Shown: positions 57,216 to 64,000 of the stretch, one piece after another | Layout: every line of letters begins with the position of its first letter | Position numbering within the stretch: position 1 is the stretch's first letter | NCBI GenBank assembly: GCA_963802915.1 | Contig: CAWDKQ010000010.1 | Coordinates: 204,457-268,456 of the forward strand | Direction: 5' to 3' | Length of the DNA stretch: 64,000 nt | From: Bryobacterales bacterium | Lineage (GTDB): Bacteria > Acidobacteriota > Terriglobia > Bryobacterales > Bryobacteraceae | Notes under the pieces: model-generated | The model's database searches: none | What the model was told of the DNA's origin: nothing | Seen by the model: only the letters and a program-made list of their open reading frames with translations | Program-made: the position numbers and the translations under genes

Positions 57216-58175
57216 CTTTAGAGCTTCCTCCGCCACGCGATCCGCACTCACGCGCGTCATGCAGCGATGATCGATGGGGCACTCGCGCAGCAGGCATGGA
57301 CTGCACTCCACCGATTCGCGGATCACACGTGCGAGCGGGCCCGTGGGGCCCGTTCCGATATCGTCCGTGGCGCCGAATATTGCGATGGTCGGGACGCCTA
57401 ATGCGGAGGCGATGTGCATGGCTCCGGAATCGTTCGTTAGAAAGATCTCGCATTGCGAGGCGAGATCGATAAACTCTCCCAGACTGGTTTTCCCAGCGTA
57501 GTTTGTCACGGTATGCTTCTTTAATTGGTCCGCGATGCGTACGCATAATTCGCGCTCGGCAGCCGAGCCGAACAGGGCGATCTGCGCGCCTCTTTCAATC
57601 GCGATTTTGGCGGCAGCTTCCGCGAAACGTTCGGGCAGCCACTGCTTGGCCGTTCCATAGGCCGCGCCGGGGCTCACGCCAATCATGCGGCGTACTTCTT
57701 TGCGGCCACCGGCTTCCAAGTGAATCGCCTCGCTTTCCGGCAAGGAATCGATGATGCCGGAACGTCGGAGCAATTCTAGATAGTAGAAACGTTCGTGGCG
57801 TGGGATCTCGCCGCGCAGGGGTACTTTTACCGCACGGGTTAGCAAAAGGCGCCGGGCGTCGCGGCTATAACCGATCCTCACAGGAATGCGTGCCAGCCAT
57901 GCGATGAGCGCCGCGTCGAAAGCATTCTGAAGGAGGATGGCGCAATCGAACTTCCTTTTGCGAAGCGCGCCCGCAATTTCCCAGCGGCTGCGATCGTACG
58001 GAATCACTTCGTCGGCAAAGGTTTCGCGCCGATACAAGTCGGCCACCCATGGTTTTGCGAGAACGGCAATGTGCGCATGCGGGAAGCGCTCGCGAATTAC
58101 GCGCAATGCGGGAAGGCTCATGACCGCGTCGCCCACCCAATTGGTGGCGCGAATCAGGATGTTCTTGTAATCCAC
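57201..58175 (-). CDS. waaF: Glycosyltransferase family 9 (ADP-heptose:LPS heptosyltransferase II-like)
   Basis: ILIRATNWVGDAVMSLPALRVIRERFPHAHIAVLAKPWVADLY, and C-terminal TNDSGAMHIASALGVPTIAIFG. The proposed GTG start at 58175 has GAGGA 4 nt upstream. The track start at 58340 would overlap the divergent GNAT gene. Confidence 0.8.
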   Translation of the reverse strand: MDYKNILIRATNWVGDAVMSLPALRVIRERFPHAHIAVLAKPWVADLYRRETFADEVIPYDRSRWEIAGALRKRKFDCAILLQNAFDAALIAWLARIPVRIGYSRDARRLLLTRAVKVPLRGEIPRHERFYYLELLRRSGIIDSLPESEAIHLEAGGRKEVRRMIGVSPGAAYGTAKQWLPERFAEAAAKIAIERGAQIALFGSAAERELCVRIADQLKKHTVTNYAGKTSLGEFIDLASQCEIFLTNDSGAMHIASALGVPTIAIFGATDDIGTGPTGPLARVIRESVECSPCLLRECPIDHRCMTRVSADRVAEEALKLIRR

Positions 58176-58216
58176 TCTTTCCTCTATTGTCCAACGGTAC
58201 AATTTGACTTCATTAG

Positions 58217-58981
58217 ATGGCTGGGCTCTTTGGAAACTTGTGGCTGGCGCGGCGGCTCGAGAAAGCGGAGGCCGATAATGCGCTGCACCTGCCCGCGATT
58301 CTCGAAGTAGGCGGTGGCGTGGCGGCGTTTGCCGGACCATCGTCGCCCCTGACGCATGCGCTTGGACTTGGGATGAATGGCACCGTTTCCAGTGCCGAAC
58401 TCGACCGGATTGAACGCTTCTACGGCGAGCATGAGTCCGCGATTGTGATTGAAGTTTGCCCGCTTGCCGATCCCTCGCTGTTTGATCTTCTGGGCCTGCG
58501 TTCCTATCGCATCACGGAGTTCAATAACGTGCTCGTTCGGACGATCGATCCGGCACCTGGGGAGATTACGGCGACTGTCAGGCGCGTCGAGGCGAGTGAA
58601 GAGGACCGCTGGTGCCGGACTGTCTCCGCGGGATTCTTCGAGCGCGATGTGTTCACGGATGAGGAGTTGCAGATGGCATCCCTGCTGTTCCGGGCCCCGG
58701 GCGTGACTCCATGGATAGCGTTGGTCGATGAACGTCCCGCAGCTGCGGGGGCCATGGTCGTTCGGGATGGGCTGGCGACGTTTTTTGGGGATTCGACGAT
58801 TCCGGCCTATCGACGGATGGGGCTCCAGACGAACCTGATTCGCGCGCGGATTCAGTATGCATCGGAGTTAGGATGTGATTTGATCACGGCGTCCACGCTG
58901 CCCGGGAGTGGTTCGCAGCTTAATTATGAGCGGCTAGGTTTTCGGATTGTTTACACAAAGTCGATTTTTACGCGGCCTTAG
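58217..58981 (+). CDS. GNAT-family N-acetyltransferase-like protein
   Basis: The C-terminal half carries an acetyl-CoA motif-A-like segment (PAYRRMGLQTNLIRARIQYASELG) and NYERLGFRIVY. Confidence 0.65.
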   Translation: MAGLFGNLWLARRLEKAEADNALHLPAILEVGGGVAAFAGPSSPLTHALGLGMNGTVSSAELDRIERFYGEHESAIVIEVCPLADPSLFDLLGLRSYRITEFNNVLVRTIDPAPGEITATVRRVEASEEDRWCRTVSAGFFERDVFTDEELQMASLLFRAPGVTPWIALVDERPAAAGAMVVRDGLATFFGDSTIPAYRRMGLQTNLIRARIQYASELGCDLITASTLPGSGSQLNYERLGFRIVYTKSIFTRP

Positions 58982-60369
58982 GCCCACGCGCCGCCTCGGG
59001 CGGCTCGTTTCAAAAATTGGCCTCGGCCGGCGCGACCAAAGTAGTGGCCGTTTTCGACGATGACATCGCCGCGGGATAGAACCGTGCGGGCGTTGCCTTT
59101 CACTTTCCACCCTTCGAACATGGAATAGTCAACACGCATGTGATGCGTTCGGGCTGAGATTACGTGATCGGCGTTGGGGTCCCAGATGACGAGATCGGCA
59201 TCGCTGCCCGGCGCGATCGTGCCTTTTCGCGGATAGAGGCCGAAGAGACGAGCGGGGGTAGTTGAAACGACTTCCACGAATCGATTCAATGACAGCTTGC
59301 CTTGATTTACACCGTGGTGGAAAAGCAATTGAAGCCGGTTCTCGATTCCCGGCCCTCCGTTCGGAATCTTGGCGAAGCTGTCGCGTCCTAAGATTTTCTG
59401 GTCCTCATAACAGAACGGGCAGTGGTCCGTCGAGACCACCTGGAGATGATCGTGCTTCAAGCCGTCCCAGAGTTTCGGCAGGTTTGACTTCTCGCGCAGC
59501 GGGGGCGTGAAGACGTATTTCGCGCCTTCGAAGCCGGGGCGCTCAAGTTCTTCGATCGATAGCAGCAAGTATTGAGGGCAGGTCTCCGCAAACACAGGCA
59601 CGCCACGATCGCGCGCAGCGCGAACTTCATTGAGCGCCGCTTCCGACGAGAGATGCACGATGTAGACCGGCGCACCGGCGATTTCCGCCATCGCAATGGC
59701 GCGATGCACGGCTTCCGCTTCCGCGGTTACGGGCCTGGTGAGCGCATGATAGACGGGCGCGGTTTTTCCTTCAGCTAATGCACGCTGCACAATCACATCG
59801 ATGACGCTGCCGTTCTCGGCGTGCATGCAGATCAGCGCACCGTTCTTTCCGGTGCGCGACATGGCTTTGAAGATGGTTCCATCGTCCACCATCAGGACGC
59901 CCGGGTATGCCATGAACAGTTTAAAGCTGGCGACACCTTCGGCGACCATGTCGTCCATGTCTTCGAGGCCTGCGTCGGGAAGATCCGTGACGATCATGTG
60001 CAGCCCGTAGTCGATGGAGGCCTTGCCGTCAGCCTTCTTCCACCAGGCGTCGAGCGCGTCGCGCATGCGGGTGCCCTTGGGCTGGATCGCGAAGTCCACC
60101 AGCGTGGTGGTTCCTCCGAAAGCCGCCGCGCGCGTTCCCGTTTCAAAGTCATCGCTCGAAGTGGTTCCTCCGAACGGCATGTCGAGATGTGTGTGCGCGT
60201 CGATGCCGCCAGGCAGCACGTACATTCCTGAAGCGTCGATTATCTTGTCGACGCTCCCGGAGGGAAGATCGCGCGCGATGTCCTTTATGGTTTCACCTTC
60301 GATCAGAATGTCCGCGTCGTAGGTCCGCTCGGCGGTGACGATGGTTCCGTTTCTGACGAGAGTGGTCAT
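58978..60369 (-). CDS. hydA: Dihydropyrimidinase / D-hydantoinase
   Basis: ATG 60369 overlaps the preA stop (ATGA). The sequence reads MTTLVRNGTIVTAE...VLPGGIDAHTHLDMPFGGTTSSDDFETGTRAAAFGGTTTLVDF, with a carboxylated-Lys region (FKLFMAYPG). Confidence 0.9.
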   Translation of the reverse strand: MTTLVRNGTIVTAERTYDADILIEGETIKDIARDLPSGSVDKIIDASGMYVLPGGIDAHTHLDMPFGGTTSSDDFETGTRAAAFGGTTTLVDFAIQPKGTRMRDALDAWWKKADGKASIDYGLHMIVTDLPDAGLEDMDDMVAEGVASFKLFMAYPGVLMVDDGTIFKAMSRTGKNGALICMHAENGSVIDVIVQRALAEGKTAPVYHALTRPVTAEAEAVHRAIAMAEIAGAPVYIVHLSSEAALNEVRAARDRGVPVFAETCPQYLLLSIEELERPGFEGAKYVFTPPLREKSNLPKLWDGLKHDHLQVVSTDHCPFCYEDQKILGRDSFAKIPNGGPGIENRLQLLFHHGVNQGKLSLNRFVEVVSTTPARLFGLYPRKGTIAPGSDADLVIWDPNADHVISARTHHMRVDYSMFEGWKVKGNARTVLSRGDVIVENGHYFGRAGRGQFLKRAARGGAWA

Positions 60370-61694
60370 TGAGTCATCTCCGCCCAGGTGCGCTCCGGGA
60401 GTCCGGAATCGACGCGTTCCATTGTGATGCAATTCTCGACTGGACAGACGAGCCAGCAGAGATTGCAGCCGACGCATTCCTGTTCATCGACGCGGGGAAT
60501 GCGGAGGGGCGGCGTTACGGAACTGTCGACTTTGGAGACATTCGGCGTGATTGCTATGGAAGCGCGGCTGGCGCTCACCAAGTCTTCCGGTTTGGCGGCG
60601 CCGTCCACATGAATGCATTGGTGCGCGCCATCCCAGCACGCGATGTAGCAAAGGTCACAGCCAATGCATTTGTCAGGGTGAATGCGCGCGACGATCTTGT
60701 AATTGAGGTTAAGATTTTTCCAATCGGTCACGCGGGGAACGCTGAGGCCGCGAAAATCGTCGATCGTGCGAAAACCCTTTTCGTCCATCCAATTGTTCAG
60801 ACCATCGATCATGTCTTCGACGATTCGAAAGCCGTAGTGCATCGCGGCGGTGCAGACCTGCACGGTTCCGCAGCCCATCAGAATGAACTCGGCGGCATCG
60901 CGCCATGTGGCCACTCCTCCGATGCCTGAGATCGGCAATCCGATTTCTGGATCCGAAGCGAGCTGCTGGATCATGTGTAGAGCGATCGGTTTCACCGCGG
61001 GTCCACAATACCCGCCATGCGCGGATCTGCCACCAACATCAGGGCGCGGCGTGAGAGTGTCGAGGTCTACACCTGTGATTGAGTTTATGGTGTTGATCGC
61101 GGACACGGCGTCGGCGTGGCCTTTTCGCGCGGCGCGTCCGGCCATGCGGATGTCGGTGATATTCGGCGTGAGCTTAACCAAAACGGGCGTGCGCGCGACT
61201 TCTTTGACCCATCCCGTAATGAGGGTCGCGTATTCGGGGACCTGGCCGACGGCGCTTCCCATGCCACGCTCGCTCATGCCATGCGGACAGCCGAAGTTTA
61301 GCTCCAGACCGTCGGCACCGGCGTCTTCGGCGCGCCGCACAATCTCGTGCCAAGCTTCACGCTTTGAGTCGACCATCAACGAGGCGATCACGGCGTGATG
61401 CGGATATCGTTTTTTGACGTCGTAAATTTCGCGTAGATTGACGTCGAGAGGACGGTCCGTAATGAGCTCGATATTATTGAGGCCCATCATGCGAGAGCCA
61501 TTCCAATCGACGGAGGAATAGCGCGAGGAGACGTTGACGATTGGATCGCCGAGCGTTTTCCAGACCGCGCCGCCCCAGCCGGCATCGAAGGCTCGCATGA
61601 TCTGGTCGCCGCAATTTGCGGGAGGACCTGACGCCAGCCAGAACGGGTTGGGACAACGAATGCCTCCGGCGAAGTTTGTCGTCAGATCGGCCAT
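60366..61694 (-). CDS. preA: NAD-dependent dihydropyrimidine dehydrogenase subunit PreA (DHOD-like domain plus two 4Fe-4S ferredoxin motifs)
   Basis: GLELNFGCPHGM, an FMN-binding TIM-barrel pattern, and C-terminal CIGCDLCYIAC and CVGCNLCWLVCP clusters. Confidence 0.9.
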   Translation of the reverse strand: MADLTTNFAGGIRCPNPFWLASGPPANCGDQIMRAFDAGWGGAVWKTLGDPIVNVSSRYSSVDWNGSRMMGLNNIELITDRPLDVNLREIYDVKKRYPHHAVIASLMVDSKREAWHEIVRRAEDAGADGLELNFGCPHGMSERGMGSAVGQVPEYATLITGWVKEVARTPVLVKLTPNITDIRMAGRAARKGHADAVSAINTINSITGVDLDTLTPRPDVGGRSAHGGYCGPAVKPIALHMIQQLASDPEIGLPISGIGGVATWRDAAEFILMGCGTVQVCTAAMHYGFRIVEDMIDGLNNWMDEKGFRTIDDFRGLSVPRVTDWKNLNLNYKIVARIHPDKCIGCDLCYIACWDGAHQCIHVDGAAKPEDLVSASRASIAITPNVSKVDSSVTPPLRIPRVDEQECVGCNLCWLVCPVENCITMERVDSGLPERTWAEMTQ

Positions 61695-61717
61695 TCGGCT
61701 ATTTTACATGGCAGATA

Positions 61718-62785
61718 CTAAGACAGCGCTTGAGCGAGGCGCTCCAGGCCGGATTTCAGGGCCGGGGTTTTTCCTCCGAAGCCTATGCGGATGTGTTTGG
61801 GCTTTTCGAAGAAGTTTCCCGGGATAACTCGTGTGGCGTAGTCGCGATAGAGGCGCTCGGCAAAATCCCAGCCGCTCTCTCCATTCGATAGCCGTGGAAA
61901 ACAGACCGGGCCGCCATCGGGCGCGACCCATTGCAGTTTATCGGCGTGTGCTTTCATAAACGCGTCGACGATCTTTCGGTTCGCAGTCACGGCGCGGCGC
62001 GTCCGCTCCTCAAAACGCTCTAGATTGTCGAACGCCACGGTAGAGATCTTCTCGGCGGGAACGGCTCCGTTCACGCCATAAAAATCCTGCAAGCGCCAGA
62101 TGGCTTCGGCCAGCTTGGGCGATGCCAGCACCCAACCGCAGCGCAGTCCGTCGAATCCGTAGGCTTTCGTCAGACTTGCTGTGATGACAAAATTATCGCC
62201 GAGATGCACCGCCGAGCGCGGGCGTTGTTCGAAAAGAAAATCGAGATAGACTTCGTCTACGAGGACGTGAGCGCCGACGCGCGCGGCAAGACGTCCCACT
62301 TCGCGCAGCACGTCGTGCGACGACAGCACTCCCGAGGGATTGTGCATGTTCGTGAGCACTACAAGCTTGGTCTTCCGCGTGAGCTTGGAGGCGAGATCCT
62401 CCAAGTCGATTTCAAATCCGCGGCGAAACGGCCGCGCAAAACGAGTGATGCGTGTGTCCAGTAGGCGCGCTATCGACAGCAGCGGTTCATACGCCGGCTT
62501 CTCGATCAATACTTCGTCGCCGGCGCGCACGAGCGCCGCGTAGGCCAGATAGTTTGCCATCGAGGTGCCAGGCGCGGTAACCACCTGCTCGCGCTTGACC
62601 TCGTAGCGGTTGGCGATCTGGTCGAGCAGCGGCCGATAACCGTACAGGTTAAAGTCGTTGATGTCGACGGCTTCACGCGCTTCCGGAAGCTCTCGAATCG
62701 TGACCGGCGTCACGCCGCTGCCGCCAATCTCGAATTCGGCGCGCGGCTTCAACTTCACCCATTCCATGTAAACGATCTTTCGCAT
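61718..62785 (-). CDS. Class I/II PLP-dependent aminotransferase
   Basis: ATG 62785 shares 1 nt with the upstream stop (TAATG). It has MHNPSG, and SLTKAYGFDGLRCGW with the PLP Lys. The upstream part of the track ORF lies inside the permease gene. Confidence 0.85.
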   Translation of the reverse strand: MRKIVYMEWVKLKPRAEFEIGGSGVTPVTIRELPEAREAVDINDFNLYGYRPLLDQIANRYEVKREQVVTAPGTSMANYLAYAALVRAGDEVLIEKPAYEPLLSIARLLDTRITRFARPFRRGFEIDLEDLASKLTRKTKLVVLTNMHNPSGVLSSHDVLREVGRLAARVGAHVLVDEVYLDFLFEQRPRSAVHLGDNFVITASLTKAYGFDGLRCGWVLASPKLAEAIWRLQDFYGVNGAVPAEKISTVAFDNLERFEERTRRAVTANRKIVDAFMKAHADKLQWVAPDGGPVCFPRLSNGESGWDFAERLYRDYATRVIPGNFFEKPKHIRIGFGGKTPALKSGLERLAQALS

Positions 62786-64000
62786 TACCCTCCCGACTCC
62801 TGACTTTTCGCGCGGATCTCTTTGCGGGCGTTTAAACGGCGAAACAAGAAGAACAAAGGGATCCCAGCGAGAATAAGCACCAGTCCATACGATGTTTGCG
62901 GCTGGTTCGCAATGAAATTGATAACGACGAACGTATAGGCGATGATCACGAACAGCGCCGGAACAATCGGGTAGCCCCACACTTTATAGGGTCTCGGCAA
63001 GTTCGGATATTTATAGCGCAGCGTGAATAGGGCGAGTACAGTGGACCCGAAAAAGATCCAGTCGCCAAAGGTCGCGTAGCTGAGCAGCGTGCCGTACGAA
63101 CCCGCAAGCATCATGCCGCTCGTCACCAGCGTGTAGAACGCAAGCACGACGGTGGGTGTTTTGTACTTGGGGTGAATATAGGCGGCCGGGCCGAACAAGA
63201 GGCCGTCTCGCGCCATGGCGTAGAAGACACGCGGCGAGGTGAGCATCGTCATATCGATAAAGCCGAAGGTCGAAATGACAATCGCGATGGAAATGAATCT
63301 CGCGCCGGCGTTGCCCATCATGAGCTGCGCGGCATCGGTCGCTAGGGTTTCCGTGTTGCGGATGGCGCTGGCGGGCAGCACCTGCAGATAAGCAATATTG
63401 GCGGCGAGATAAACGCCGATCACGATAATAATCCCGACGATGGAAGCGCGCGGGACCGTTTTTTGGGGATTGATGATCTCGCCCGCGGTGTAGGTTGAGT
63501 TTTGCCAGCCTCCGTAAGAGAACAGGATAGGAGCAAGCGCGGCGCCCATGGCGATCACGATGTTTCCCTCATAACCACCTGCAAGGAGCGGATGCAAGGT
63601 GAGGTGCGAGGGCAGACGCGTCGTGAATCCGAGAACGATGAGGCACGCGAGCGCGATTAGTTTTCCCGCCGTGAAGACGTTCTGCACCATAGCGCCGGGT
63701 TTAACGCCGAAATAGTTCACGCCGGCGAGTCCCCAGAGAGCGGCCAGTCCGGTCAGCTTGATGCGCAAGGGCGTGTTTAACACGGGGACCAGAGTGGCCA
63801 ATGTCTCGCCGAATTTCATGGTGACGGCCGCAATGGCGCCGGTCGAGATCACCAGCAGGAGCGTCCAGCCGTAGAGGAAGCCGATCAGGGGATGCAGTCC
63901 CTCGCGCAGGAAGGCGTATTCGCCGCCGACCTGCGGCATCATGGCGCCGAGCTCGGCGTAGCTGAGCGCGCCGATGAGGGCGATGGCGCCTCCGATGAGC
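62785..64000 (-). CDS. APC-family amino acid permease, 5' end outside the window
   Basis: Multi-TM protein with GGEYAFLREG. Hand translation of 63943-64000 continues in frame (LIGGAIALIGALSYAELGAMMPQVGGEY), so the true start is beyond position 64000. Confidence 0.85.
   Translation of the reverse strand, partial: LIGGAIALIGALSYAELGAMMPQVGGEYAFLREGLHPLIGFLYGWTLLLVISTGAIAAVTMKFGETLATLVPVLNTPLRIKLTGLAALWGLAGVNYFGVKPGAMVQNVFTAGKLIALACLIVLGFTTRLPSHLTLHPLLAGGYEGNIVIAMGAALAPILFSYGGWQNSTYTAGEIINPQKTVPRASIVGIIIVIGVYLAANIAYLQVLPASAIRNTETLATDAAQLMMGNAGARFISIAIVISTFGFIDMTMLTSPRVFYAMARDGLLFGPAAYIHPKYKTPTVVLAFYTLVTSGMMLAGSYGTLLSYATFGDWIFFGSTVLALFTLRYKYPNLPRPYKVWGYPIVPALFVIIAYTFVVINFIANQPQTSYGLVLILAGIPLFFLFRRLNARKEIRAKSQESGG

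Overview
High-GC (about 58-60% by hand count of sample lines) chromosomal segment. It is most consistent with an Acidobacteriota genome of the Solibacter/Bryobacter type, based on an ADOP duplicated FtsX permease, TIGR03437-like secreted domains, a BlaI/M56 pair and a sortilin-like BNR protein. Coding density is high on both strands. I found no rRNA, tRNA, CRISPR array, transposase, integrase or recognisable phage or defence gene by eye.

Recognisable blocks:
- Divergent lipid kinase and ligA.
- A PilZ gene followed by an amt-glnK-glnD nitrogen module.
- Two Rcp1-like receiver genes.
- A BON / unknown / BON secreted cluster.
- An S53 (sedolisin) peptidase convergent with a 1,996-aa PKD/Ig-repeat surface protein.
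- A REC-4xPAS histidine kinase next to an orphan radical SAM gene.
- An MFS (OFA) transporter, an ADOP permease and a frameshifted sortilin-like BNR gene.
- A low-GC DUF11 gene.
- A co-directional block of BlaI, an M56 sensor-protease, a 2,797-aa poly-HAMP hybrid kinase and a REC-PAS kinase.
- A reductive pyrimidine catabolism cluster (APC permease, aminotransferase, preA, dihydropyrimidinase).

The most unusual object is the soluble giant hybrid kinase at 45939-54332. It has 13 near-identical, perfectly phased 276-bp (92-aa double-HAMP) units plus degenerate flanking units (about 30 HAMP domains). These are followed by GAF, a kinase core and a tandemly duplicated triple-receiver module (six REC domains).

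All functional calls come from motif recognition in the supplied translations or from hand translation. No database search was run.
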